From Bacteroidota bacterium (lineage in GTDB: Bacteria; Bacteroidota; Bacteroidia; Bacteroidales; CAIXZF01): a stretch of 64,000 nucleotides of DNA. How positions within the stretch are numbered: position 1 is the first letter of the stretch; the number at the start of each line of letters is the position of its first letter. The notes beneath the pieces were generated by a model. That model had not been told where the DNA came from. It did no database searches and saw only the letters and a list, made by a program, of their open reading frames with translations. Where the stretch lies: positions 1-64,000 of the forward strand of contig JBAXPV010000007.1 of the NCBI GenBank assembly GCA_037132075.1, written 5' to 3'. Position numbers and translations under genes: made by a program. Shown piece by piece: positions 9,274 through 18,731 of the stretch.

Positions 9274-10230
9274 ATGGATGAAAAAGTCAGAAAACTGAAT
9301 CAGTCAGAACTTCCCTCTTTTCTGAAGAGCCGCGAGGGATGGGGGAAGCTGTTTGAGATGAAACGTTCGCCCTACCCGCATCTGCATCAGATTGAACCTA
9401 CCAATGTATGTCCATATCATTGTATCATGTGTCCCAGGGGCAATGAAATGACTCGTAAGACCGGACATATGGATTTTGCAGTTTTCAGCAAAGTCATTGA
9501 GGAAGTGGCTACTTATCCTGACGAGATTAAGAGGAAAGAGATCGAATTATTTCATTTCGGGGAATCCCTGATTCATCCGCTAATAGCCGAAATGAATGAA
9601 TATGCTTCATCAAAAGGATTAAAAACTTTGCTTTCAGTGAATGCCATTGAATTGAATCAGGAAATTGCGCACAAATTGATTTCCGGTAAGGCAGGGAAAA
9701 TTATTGTTTCACTTGATGGTTTTGATGCCAAAAGTTTTCAGGAGATCCGTGGTCGTAAGATTGATTATGATCAGGCGATTGAAAATATAGTACAGGCGGA
9801 TTCTTTGATAAAATCAATGAAAGCCACGACAAGACTTACTGTCAGGATGATTGCATTGAATCAGAATATGCATATGACGGAGTTCTTTAAGGATTTTTGG
9901 TCATCGAAAAATATTGAGGTAGAGATACGGCCATTTTTTCCCTGGGGTGAAAAAGAGATGGTAAAATTGGGGGTTTATGAAAAATATCCTCCTTTCATGC
10001 CATGTCCTTTTGCCTGGCAATACCTTGTGGTGCAATGGAATGGTGATGTTGTGGCTTGTTGTCGTGATTATAATGCAGAAAACCTCATGGGCAATGTTAA
10101 AGACGAGACGCTCCTTCAAATCTGGAATGGAGAAAAATACGCCAAATTCAGGAGCAGTATGATTGCTGGCGAATACGGGAATTCTATTTGTGGCCCGTGT
10201 ATGGCGCTTTACTATACTGAAGAAAGTTAG
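9274..10230 (+). CDS. Radical SAM enzyme with a C-terminal SPASM/twitch-like auxiliary Fe-S domain
   Basis: Canonical CxxxCxxC motif (CPYHCIMC) near the N-terminus. C-terminal cysteine pattern C-x12-G-x4-C-C ... CGPC with a GNV..ETLLQIWN block, as seen in SPASM/twitch maturases. Confidence 0.8.
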   Translation: MDEKVRKLNQSELPSFLKSREGWGKLFEMKRSPYPHLHQIEPTNVCPYHCIMCPRGNEMTRKTGHMDFAVFSKVIEEVATYPDEIKRKEIELFHFGESLIHPLIAEMNEYASSKGLKTLLSVNAIELNQEIAHKLISGKAGKIIVSLDGFDAKSFQEIRGRKIDYDQAIENIVQADSLIKSMKATTRLTVRMIALNQNMHMTEFFKDFWSSKNIEVEIRPFFPWGEKEMVKLGVYEKYPPFMPCPFAWQYLVVQWNGDVVACCRDYNAENLMGNVKDETLLQIWNGEKYAKFRSSMIAGEYGNSICGPCMALYYTEES

Positions 10231-10260
10231 CCCTTAGGTGGGCCTTATGGTTTCGCCCAG

Positions 10261-11607
10261 TCACCCAGTCGCCTGGTCCCCCATTCCCCCAGTCGCCTTG
10301 TCGTCCTTTTTAGAGATCAATTTAAGCAAGTAACCCGACAACAAGCCACCCGTACTCTCATCCCCCTGCACGAGGAAGTCAGGCGTGACCTTGATCTGGC
10401 CCATGGCGATTTGTTTGGCGATTTCGATTGCGGTGACGCCTTGCTGGCCGATGGATTTGTTCTGGAGTTCGTAGGCTTTGGCGGTAGACTCGCCGATCGC
10501 GAGGATCTTTGATCCTTCAGCATTCCCGATGGCGATGATTCCTTTGGCTTCACCTTCTGCACGGATCCTTGTGCTCTCAGCTTCGCCTTCTGCGAAGCGT
10601 ATGGTTTTGAGCTTTGTCTGCTCGGCTATCTTAACCCCGATTTCTGCTTCCATGAGGATCTTCTGGAGTTCTGCTTCGGAACGTGTCTTTTCTGTGGCAA
10701 TCCTTGTCTGTTCTGCTTTCTGTTGCTCCTGGTACATGGCCATTTGCTGCTGGGCGATGATTTTTTTCGTCTGGGTATCCATGAGTTCCTGGGGCAGGAC
10801 GATCTGGCAGATGAGGACAGAGACACATTCAACATGGTATTTCTCGAGTTCGAGGCGGGTCCGTTCTTCGGCTTTACGTTGTTCTTCCTGCCGATCCTGG
10901 AGGAAGTTCATGGCAGACGTAGAAGAGGCCTGGTTGCGGAAGCTGGAGTCGATCATGGGGTGGATGACGTGGTTGATGAGGTTGTCGATGGAGCCGATTT
11001 TGGCCACCATATACGGTGCCTGGTCGGGTCTGACACGGATGATGACTTTGACGGAGACGCTGATCTCGAAGCCGTCGCGTGAAACGACTTTGAGCTGATC
11101 GAATTTCGTTTCCTGCGCATCGTCCCAGTCGATGGTGATGTTGGTGGTATCGACGATATAGATGATGAAAGCCCTTCGGTTGATATAATAGATCCCCGGG
11201 CCTGCGACTTCTTTCTGGATGCCACGGTAGCCTTTGGGCACGACATAGCGTTCGATGCCGTATTTCAGACGTTGCTCGGCTTCTGAAAGTGTGGTTGTAT
11301 CGGAAGCTTGCGGTGGTGCTCCGACCATGTCTTTGTCGAGGTTTGCGATGATATGCTGGGGTTCTTCTCCAACGTTTGAGATGACGACAGCAACCTGGCC
11401 TCTTTCCACGACGGCGACTTCATCGAGCTCAGTCTTGAACATCAAAGGGTTGACGTAATAGGTTCCGGGTTTCAGAACATCGAACTGGGGACCGCGCTGG
11501 CCACCGTTTTCGAGGAATTTCGAGACATTTTGAAAGTCGTTGTGGTTGGGTACTGACTTGGCAACATATTCTGTTTCCGGCAGGGGTTCTCCGTCGAGTG
11601 CTGTCAC
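10261..11607 (-). CDS. Flotillin-like SPFH/band-7 protein, C-terminal fragment (YqiK family). It is the downstream part of a frameshift-split gene.
   Basis: SPFH domain plus a long EA-rich coiled coil (AEGEAESTRIRAEGEAKG...). The N-terminus carries the third copy of the repeat motif KIGLVTALDGEPL...FLENGGQRGPQ..LKPGTYYVNP, found twice in the upstream ORF. Confidence 0.7.
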   Translation of the reverse strand: MTALDGEPLPETEYVAKSVPNHNDFQNVSKFLENGGQRGPQFDVLKPGTYYVNPLMFKTELDEVAVVERGQVAVVISNVGEEPQHIIANLDKDMVGAPPQASDTTTLSEAEQRLKYGIERYVVPKGYRGIQKEVAGPGIYYINRRAFIIYIVDTTNITIDWDDAQETKFDQLKVVSRDGFEISVSVKVIIRVRPDQAPYMVAKIGSIDNLINHVIHPMIDSSFRNQASSTSAMNFLQDRQEEQRKAEERTRLELEKYHVECVSVLICQIVLPQELMDTQTKKIIAQQQMAMYQEQQKAEQTRIATEKTRSEAELQKILMEAEIGVKIAEQTKLKTIRFAEGEAESTRIRAEGEAKGIIAIGNAEGSKILAIGESTAKAYELQNKSIGQQGVTAIEIAKQIAMGQIKVTPDFLVQGDESTGGLLSGYLLKLISKKDDKATGGMGDQATG

Positions 11608-12326
11608 AAGACCGATTTTCTGTGAAGGGATGACTGTGGCTTCTTTGATCTCAACCCTGAAGAGTCGAGGTTGATACGGTAGGTACCGGGGAGTAAGATC
11701 TGAGACTGGGGCCCTTTTTGGCCGCCATTTTTCAAGAAAGACTCACCACTTTCGAAGTTATTATGACCTTCGACAAATTTCGAAAGCAGGCGGCCGGGTT
11801 GGATCGGATCGCCATCCATCGAAGTAACCAGTCCGATCTGCCCTTTGTCGATGACGACTGAGGGCATTTTTTTTACCATGAACAGAATTGGGTTTATCCT
11901 GAAGAATCCAGGAGGCAGGATGCTGATCTGAGGTCCTTTTTCCCCGCCATTCTGAATGAAGGCTTCGCCATCCTGGAAGGAGTTATGGTTTTCTATGACT
12001 TTGGCAAAGATTTTTCCGGGAGGAACCGGGCTGCCATCGATAGATTCGACGATTCCGACTTCGTTTTCAGAGATGACGGTGAATTCGAGTTTGCGGGCTT
12101 TGTAGATAAAGGGGACAAGCAGATGTAGTCCTGGTCCGAGGGTACGTGCCTGGACTCCCATTTCGTTTTTCATGGCGATGACACGACCCTGGGGCATTTT
12201 GGTGCCGAACCAACGGCGTTCGAGAACAGCGATGCCACGACCGCCAACGATGACAATGGTGTTAAGGATGACGACGACGACGAGCAGCAGTATTACTGCT
12301 AAGATGATTAAGTTAAGGGGTAGCAT
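11604..12326 (-). CDS. Flotillin-like protein, N-terminal fragment (TM helix plus two YqiK-type repeats). It is the upstream part of the frameshift-split gene.
   Basis: N-terminal TM helix, then two copies of the motif G.VES.DG.P..PG......V..HN.F..GE.F..NGG.KGPQ...LPPG..RINP. Reading across about 11667-11672 in the -1 frame joins seamlessly to the downstream ORF. Confidence 0.7.
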   Translation of the reverse strand: MLPLNLIILAVILLLVVVVILNTIVIVGGRGIAVLERRWFGTKMPQGRVIAMKNEMGVQARTLGPGLHLLVPFIYKARKLEFTVISENEVGIVESIDGSPVPPGKIFAKVIENHNSFQDGEAFIQNGGEKGPQISILPPGFFRINPILFMVKKMPSVVIDKGQIGLVTSMDGDPIQPGRLLSKFVEGHNNFESGESFLKNGGQKGPQSQILLPGTYRINLDSSGLRSKKPQSSLHRKSVL

Positions 12327-12588
12327 AATGTATATTTTTGATTTTGAATGGTTGACTTTGGACTGAGGTATTTTGACTTTATGATTGGGTTTTGCCCCTG
12401 TGTATTCGGTTCTAAAAGTACTAAAAAACTAAGTGATTTTGTTAGAGAAATACACATTGAAATATGAAAGCAAAGGAAAAAAAGCATTAATTTTATCCCA
12501 TTGTTCTTTTTTTAAGGGGGGTGGAGCAAACCAATTTTATTTTTAGGTGTCTTAAATAGATCAACCAATAATTTTGATTGAAACGTAA

Positions 12589-15500
12589 ATGCATAGGATT
12601 TATATAATTATCCTGTTTTTGTTACAATTTTTTTCCCTGAAGGCTCAGCCACCACCCTGTGTTGCGAATCCTTTGGCAGATGATTTTTGTGCCTCGGCTA
12701 CTGCAATCTGCAACCTGAATGGCTATTGCGGGAATACAAGTGCAACCTATACGAACACTGTCAGCCCGACAAATCTTACAAATGAGACGAATACGCCACT
12801 GGGTGCGGTATTTTGTGCTACGATTCAAAACAACTCCTGGCTGAAATTCATTGCGGATTCCACTACGGCCATTTTTGACGTCTGGTGTAGCAATTGTGCG
12901 CACAACCACGGGATACAGATGCAGATTTATAAGACAACGAATTGTTACAACTTTACGTCTGTCTCGAACTGTTGGAATCCCGGGTATCCGACGAATGGTC
13001 AGATTATTGCCACAGGACTAATTGTTGGTAGTGTCTATTATTTCATGATTGACGGCACTGCCGGTGATAATTGTGATTATGTCATTGCCTGTAGCGTTGG
13101 TGTTAATGCGGCTCCTGCAGTTTCTCTGAATCAAAATATTTGTGAAGGCATGACAGCAACAGTAGCCGCCACGGGTGGTCTGACGTATTTTTGGACTGCG
13201 AATCCTCCGGATCCTGCAGTGACAGCACAGCAGACCCAGGCAGTTGTCACTGTAACGCCTTCTGTGACAACAGTATATACAGTCATTGTTAACAATCCCG
13301 GGCTGAATACTTTTTGTGCTACTGACACAACGATTTTAAGTACCATCATCACTGTAAATAATGTTGCAGGCCAGATCAGCAATGTCACCGCGGCTCATTG
13401 TAATCTGAACAACGGTGCCATCACTGTTGCAGGTACAGGCGGAACCGGAACGTATGCTTACCTGTGGAACACTACGCCGGCACAAAGCACGCCTACCATT
13501 GCGGGATTGGCACCGGGCTCATATACCGTGACGGTTAGTAGCGGGGGGTGCAACAAAACAGTTACTGCGATAGTGCCGATGATTCCGGCACCTGTGGCAT
13601 CGGTGGCTTCTTTTTCTGATGCACATTGTAACCAGGCCGATGGTAGTGCTGTCGTCCAGATCAATGGCGGCAGCGCTCCATTTACCTATGTATGGAGCAG
13701 TGTCCCTGTTCAGAATACCAATCACCTGCAAAATGTTATCGCAGGGACGTATACGCTTACCGTCACCGACCAGGAGAACTGTACGTCAAATCTCACTGTC
13801 ACCCTGGCCAATGTGCCTGGCCCAACAGTCGCTTTAGCCACGATTACGCCGGTATGTATCAATGGCGGCACCATCAATCTTTCAGGAGGGACTCCGGTCG
13901 GAGGGACTTACAGCGGACCAGGTGTTCTTGGTAGTATTTTTGATCCTGTGGTTGTGGGCGCTGGAACCTACAACATCACCTATGCCTATACGGATGCTTT
14001 CGGCTGTAGCGGATCTGCCATGAAAACGCTGCAGGTGCTTGCATTGCCTGTGCTTAGCTTTCTTACATTAACTTCAGCCTGTGTTGATGCTCCTGTCATT
14101 ACCCTCACTATGGCAACACCTTCAGGAGGTACCTATTCAGGTACAGGTGTTAGTGCCGGTGTCTTTAACCCTGCCACTGCCGGTGCCGGAATTCATATTC
14201 TACTTTATACATTTACAGGCCCAAATGGCTGTACCAATGAGATAACACAGAGCATCACCGTAAATGCGTTACCTATAGTTTCTTTAAGTCCGATACCGGG
14301 AACCTGTATCAATGCGCCCCCACAGGCGCTTGCAGGCGGAACGCCTGTGGGGGGAACTTATTCCGGGACAGGTGTGTCAGGCGGGATGTTTAGTCCTGCA
14401 AGTTCCGGATTGGGAACTTTTACGATAACCTATGTCTATAAGGATGGCAATCTATGTATCAGCTCTGCACAGCAGACGATTTTAGTGTCTCCAACCCCGA
14501 ATGTGACCTTCAATACGATCCCGAACATTTGTTTGAATGCCGGGGTCACCCCGATGCAGGGGGGGAGCCCTGTTGGTGGCATCTACTCAGGTGTGGGAGT
14601 CAACAATAATCTCTTTAGTCCTGCAGTCACAGGGACAGGCACTTTCCAGGTCTTTTATAATTATTCTGTTTTGGGATGTGTTGGTGCTGACACGCAGACG
14701 ATCACTGTGTTGCCAATCCCGACAGCATCATTTCCTGCAGTAGGGGAGTTATGCGTCGATGCGGCCCCGATCACGCTCAGCGGGGGATTGCCTTCGGGAG
14801 GAACTTATGTAGGGACGGGAGTAAACGGCACGAGCTTTGATCCTGCCACAAGCGGAGCCGGCACTTTTAGTCTGGGCTATGCCTGGTCAGCCGCCAATGG
14901 CTGCACGGATACTGCCTTTCAGCCTATGTTGGTGCGCCCTTTGCCGGTGATTACCTATACGCCTATTGCGGGGCGATGTATCAGTGACAGTCCGTTTGGA
15001 TTTTCTGAAGCGACGCCAACGGGCGGGACCTATAGCGGGACGGGTATCGTGAATGGTATTTTCGACCCTGCTGCTGCCGGTGTAGGTACTTATTCCATCC
15101 TGTATACCTATACTGATCCTTTTGGATGTACAAACAATGCTTCCCGGGATCTCACCATAAATCCGCTGCCACTTCAGGTGCCTTTGAGCGGAGGTGGTGT
15201 CATTTGCGATGGCATTGGAGGGATGCCTGTGGGTTTGGATAGTTCTCAACCGGGGATCAATTATTATTTGATCGTGAATGGCTGGGTAACGTTACAGGCT
15301 TATCCGGGCACGGGTGCAGCCCTCAGCTTTGGCAACCAGAGTGCGCAAGGCAATTATATTGTGAAAGCGGTGGACTCAATCACAGGATGTGTGAATATGA
15401 TTCTGGATACGGTTCATATCAAGCTGTTGCCAAAACCGGTGGTGAACCTGGGTTTGCCGATGTATCTGTGTGATTTGCCACAGATCGTTCTGGATGGCGG

Positions 15501-15936
15501 GACTTACCTCGACAGTGTCACTTATGAATGGCCGGATGGCAGCACGAACAGGTATTTCAACGTATTTGAGCCGGGTAACTATTGGGTTAAGGTATATATG
15601 GGGAATTGTGTGAGTGAAGACAATATTGACATCATGGATTGCAGTTTGCTTGAGTTACCCAATATTTTCACTCCGAACGGCGATGGAAAGAATGAGCGTT
15701 TTAAGCCAAAGAAGACGGGAGAAATCGTGGAATACCAGATAGAGATCTTCAACCGCTGGGGAAATATGGTTTATCAATCGGATAAACTTGAAGAGGGCTG
15801 GGATGGCCGGACAGACAGCAATGGTGCGGATTGCCCTGACGGGGTTTACTTTTTTGTTGCAAGGTATGTTGCGCATATCTTTCCGCAGCCTGACACACAG
15901 CGGAAGCTGACTGGGACGGTTACGCTGATGCGGTAG
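12589..15936 (+). CDS. Large T9SS-secreted cell-surface adhesin (SprB-repeat / Ig-like repeat protein) with a type-B T9SS C-terminal domain (gliding-motility-associated CTD)
   Basis: Signal peptide. SprB-type repeats (AHCNLNNGAITV..GGTG.Y.YLW). Six ~75-aa tandem units (C..AP....GG.P.GGTYSG.GV....F.P...G.GT..I.Y.Y.D..GC). C-terminal LPNIFTPNGDGKNERFKP motif of the CHU_C/T9SS type-B domain. Confidence 0.85.
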   Translation: MHRIYIIILFLLQFFSLKAQPPPCVANPLADDFCASATAICNLNGYCGNTSATYTNTVSPTNLTNETNTPLGAVFCATIQNNSWLKFIADSTTAIFDVWCSNCAHNHGIQMQIYKTTNCYNFTSVSNCWNPGYPTNGQIIATGLIVGSVYYFMIDGTAGDNCDYVIACSVGVNAAPAVSLNQNICEGMTATVAATGGLTYFWTANPPDPAVTAQQTQAVVTVTPSVTTVYTVIVNNPGLNTFCATDTTILSTIITVNNVAGQISNVTAAHCNLNNGAITVAGTGGTGTYAYLWNTTPAQSTPTIAGLAPGSYTVTVSSGGCNKTVTAIVPMIPAPVASVASFSDAHCNQADGSAVVQINGGSAPFTYVWSSVPVQNTNHLQNVIAGTYTLTVTDQENCTSNLTVTLANVPGPTVALATITPVCINGGTINLSGGTPVGGTYSGPGVLGSIFDPVVVGAGTYNITYAYTDAFGCSGSAMKTLQVLALPVLSFLTLTSACVDAPVITLTMATPSGGTYSGTGVSAGVFNPATAGAGIHILLYTFTGPNGCTNEITQSITVNALPIVSLSPIPGTCINAPPQALAGGTPVGGTYSGTGVSGGMFSPASSGLGTFTITYVYKDGNLCISSAQQTILVSPTPNVTFNTIPNICLNAGVTPMQGGSPVGGIYSGVGVNNNLFSPAVTGTGTFQVFYNYSVLGCVGADTQTITVLPIPTASFPAVGELCVDAAPITLSGGLPSGGTYVGTGVNGTSFDPATSGAGTFSLGYAWSAANGCTDTAFQPMLVRPLPVITYTPIAGRCISDSPFGFSEATPTGGTYSGTGIVNGIFDPAAAGVGTYSILYTYTDPFGCTNNASRDLTINPLPLQVPLSGGGVICDGIGGMPVGLDSSQPGINYYLIVNGWVTLQAYPGTGAALSFGNQSAQGNYIVKAVDSITGCVNMILDTVHIKLLPKPVVNLGLPMYLCDLPQIVLDGGTYLDSVTYEWPDGSTNRYFNVFEPGNYWVKVYMGNCVSEDNIDIMDCSLLELPNIFTPNGDGKNERFKPKKTGEIVEYQIEIFNRWGNMVYQSDKLEEGWDGRTDSNGADCPDGVYFFVARYVAHIFPQPDTQRKLTGTVTLMR
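13820..15175 (+). repeat. Six in-frame tandem ~225-nt coding repeats (Ig-like/PKD-like units) inside the adhesin gene
   Basis: Repeated peptide pattern LP..S.....C.....I.L.GG.P.GGTYSGTGV....F.P...G.GT......Y......GC... visible in the translation. Confidence 0.6.
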
Positions 15937-15976
15937 GAGGATTTCGAAGGGGCTGTACGCAACAAGCCCTATCTAT

Positions 15977-18361
15977 CTATTTGTTTAGTAATTCTTTGTA
16001 TTTCTCCTGAACTGAGAAATACGAAATCATTTCTTTCGCCGGACCGGATAGTTTGGGATTCCAATAGCTTGCAGCTTTGTTGAGGTTTTTGGCGATATCG
16101 GCATCGAGGTAATTCAGTTTTTTGAATTGATTTAATGCATTGAGCCGGGTTTCGAAATCAAAGGAAGGGCTTGTGTAGTCTTTTAATTCTGCCAGATATT
16201 CTTTGTTTTCAGGGTTCTGGCCCAGGGCAATGCCAAGCCAGGCCGTCCTGATATTACGGCCACGCCAGCCTGTTTCCTGTCGGGTGATGTCGAGATAGGA
16301 GGCAATTGCTGTTGTGTTATTGTTCTTCACTGCTGTTTCGCAAAGGTTTATCAATGCGGATTCCACGATAAAATAAGAGGAGTCTTTCAATAAGGTTTCG
16401 TAATCGTGGAGGAGGCCGGGTGGTATGATTTTTATGTTATCAGTGAGTGATTTTCTCAGCATGGCATTTTTATCATGAATCGCCTGGTGAAAGAGGTCAT
16501 CGGAAAGGCTGTCTTTGGCAAGCTGGGAGAGCACTTCCGCTTTGATTACCGGGTAGCTTTCCCTGGCATAGCACGCTGTCAAAGCCTTTCTTTTCTGCAT
16601 AAAAGGGAAGGCTTGCATGGCTCTGAGTGCTTCCAGGCGGTTGGACACATGTTTTGCTTGTATTAGCTGATCCGCAAGTGCCTCAAAAGAGCGTTCATAC
16701 TGGAGCTTTTTCAGGATACGGTTGCCGGCATCGAAGACGACAAAAGAGACTGTTTTGTTTAAGATGTTTGGAATCTCGAATTGCTGATCTGCTTTGTCAA
16801 CCCAGATCGTTCTCGTTTCAATGCTTTCGTCAGAATAATAGGTCTCGATATTCACAGGCATTTTGAAAAGCTCATCGGGATATTTTGTCAACTGAAGCTG
16901 TTCAACATGCAATAATGTTGTGTTTTCCCCGGAAGCATTTTTATTGGGTTTCCAAGATACTTTGTATTCAGGTTCCCCGCCATTATGGATCCATTCCTTG
17001 AAAAACCAATTCAGTGATTTGCCGCTGGTTTTGTAAATTGCTTTGAGCAAGTCGTTAGACTCTGCTTCGGCATAGGCATTGCTGATGATATACTCATGGA
17101 TTGCGGCTTTGAATTCTGTATCACCAACGACATCCCGCATCATATCCATCACGAGCGAGCCTTTCTGGTACCAGCGTTCCACGCCGGCCTGTCCGCTGCC
17201 GAGGGGAAAATTGTTGGATTCAGCGATTTTTAAGGCTTTTTGTGTCTCAAGTTCGCGTTGGTATTCATACGCCAATTCCCCCTTGTATTTTCTCTCAAAG
17301 ATCTTTGCGAAATAGGTAGCGAAGCTCTCAGTGAGCCAGAGATCATCTACCGTTTTGTCATTGATGCAATTTCCAAACCATTGATGGGCAAGTTCATGGG
17401 CATTGGTGTTCAGATAATTTCGTCCAAAACTGGCACGTTTGTCGACCTGCAGGAAGTCAGCATAAACAGTACTTGTCGTGGTTTCCATGGCGCCATAGAG
17501 GTAGTCGGCCAGGGGGATGTTGCGGTAAAGCGAATAGGGATAAGAAAACCCGGTTTCTGATTCAAAAAAGTCAAACATTTCTTTTTGAAGGGCATAAGTC
17601 GTATTAAAACGATCTTCATATTCGGGGTAGTACCAGAGTTCCAGCGGTAGTCCTTTACTGGTTTTCAGGGATTTATAACGATAATCCCCTGCTACAAAGC
17701 ATACTGAATAAAAGGGATGGGGTTTGTCGAGGCGATAGTGCCAGCATATAGCAGTGTCGCCGGAAGCTTTTTTGTCGATACGTTCGCCATTGGCAACGAC
17801 GAGGTATTTTTTATCGAAAGTGATCAAGATATCCTGGGTGCACATCTGGTCGACAAAGGGTATCCAGCCGGAAGGTCTGTGGGCCCATAGCTGTTTGCGC
17901 ATCCTTCCGGTGGTGTCGTCCCAGCCGGTCAGGTGCAGCTCTTTGGGGGCGAGTGCAGAATAAACGATCGTAATGAGATAGTTTGGTTTTCCCGGATTTT
18001 CGCGGGTCATTGAAAAGCCCGGGTAAATGACCAAGTCATCATGAAGCCTGGCGAAACGTGCTTTTTGTAATGAAGAAGCCTGCTTGATTTCATGGATATT
18101 CACTGAAGTGATTTCCATCCCCGGCGTTGAGAAAACCAGGCTATCTGTCCTGGTTCTGAGCATGGAGACTTCAAATTCCGCTTCTCCTTTAAGAAGTTTC
18201 GTATAAGGATCAAAAGAGATTCGGGCTGTATAATGATGTAGCTGGAAACTGCGTTCAGCAGGGACTGATTCCTGGGAAGAAACAATTTTATATAAGCAAA
18301 GCAGCAGGCTGGTAAAAATACCCAATTTTAATCCATGATATTTTCGCCAGTCCAAAATCAA
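15977..18361 (-). CDS. M1-family zinc aminopeptidase (aminopeptidase N-like)
   Basis: HELAHQWFGN...WLTESFATYF (HExxH + E zinc-binding signature). N-terminal signal peptide. Confidence 0.85.
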   Translation of the reverse strand: MILDWRKYHGLKLGIFTSLLLCLYKIVSSQESVPAERSFQLHHYTARISFDPYTKLLKGEAEFEVSMLRTRTDSLVFSTPGMEITSVNIHEIKQASSLQKARFARLHDDLVIYPGFSMTRENPGKPNYLITIVYSALAPKELHLTGWDDTTGRMRKQLWAHRPSGWIPFVDQMCTQDILITFDKKYLVVANGERIDKKASGDTAICWHYRLDKPHPFYSVCFVAGDYRYKSLKTSKGLPLELWYYPEYEDRFNTTYALQKEMFDFFESETGFSYPYSLYRNIPLADYLYGAMETTTSTVYADFLQVDKRASFGRNYLNTNAHELAHQWFGNCINDKTVDDLWLTESFATYFAKIFERKYKGELAYEYQRELETQKALKIAESNNFPLGSGQAGVERWYQKGSLVMDMMRDVVGDTEFKAAIHEYIISNAYAEAESNDLLKAIYKTSGKSLNWFFKEWIHNGGEPEYKVSWKPNKNASGENTTLLHVEQLQLTKYPDELFKMPVNIETYYSDESIETRTIWVDKADQQFEIPNILNKTVSFVVFDAGNRILKKLQYERSFEALADQLIQAKHVSNRLEALRAMQAFPFMQKRKALTACYARESYPVIKAEVLSQLAKDSLSDDLFHQAIHDKNAMLRKSLTDNIKIIPPGLLHDYETLLKDSSYFIVESALINLCETAVKNNNTTAIASYLDITRQETGWRGRNIRTAWLGIALGQNPENKEYLAELKDYTSPSFDFETRLNALNQFKKLNYLDADIAKNLNKAASYWNPKLSGPAKEMISYFSVQEKYKELLNK

Positions 18362-18365
18362 AAGC

Positions 18366-18713
18366 TCAGGAAATCAAAGTCATGCGATAGGTAATAAGTT
18401 CCTGTGAGAGCTCAATGACGGCAGGTTTAAGCTTTTGAAATACTTCAATCAAGCCTTCGTTTTTATTTTCAGCGCCCATTTGTTCCAGTTCCCTGGCCAG
18501 TGCTTCGGGTAATGATGCTCTGAAGTTTCCGGTGAGGCTTTTAAGGTCGTGGGCATTTGATTTTACATGAGCAAAGTCAAGATCCAGGATGTTCTGTTCG
18601 ATCACTGACAGACGTGCATCATATTCAGCTAAAAACATGTCGATAATTTGTAATACAAAGGCTTTGTCGAAATACTGAACAAACTCCTCATTAAATCTTT
18701 CCCAATCAATCAT
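18366..18713 (-). CDS. Hpt (histidine phosphotransfer) domain protein
   Basis: 115-aa all-helical protein with the block HVKSNAHDLKSLTGNF resembling the Hpt AH.LKG motif. Confidence 0.45.
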   Translation of the reverse strand: MIDWERFNEEFVQYFDKAFVLQIIDMFLAEYDARLSVIEQNILDLDFAHVKSNAHDLKSLTGNFRASLPEALARELEQMGAENKNEGLIEVFQKLKPAVIELSQELITYRMTLIS

Positions 18714-18731
18714 TTTATAATGGAGTGTTTA

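Noticed and set aside
10317-11458. Several antisense or alternate-frame ORFs of 60-200 aa inside the flotillin gene (low-complexity Ser/Arg/Ala-rich translations)
   Set aside because: They overlap a well-supported SPFH/flotillin reading frame. Their compositions are typical of out-of-frame translation of the EA-rich coiled-coil region.
13131-15249. Multiple short ORFs on both strands inside the adhesin gene
   Set aside because: They lie inside a continuous 1115-codon frame with clear domain structure. The repetitive GC-rich coding sequence yields open alternative frames by chance.
15937-15976. Possible bidirectional terminator between the convergent adhesin and M1 peptidase genes
   Set aside because: Only a weak, short imperfect stem (ggggctgt...acaagccc) without a flanking T-tract. 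Not convincing.
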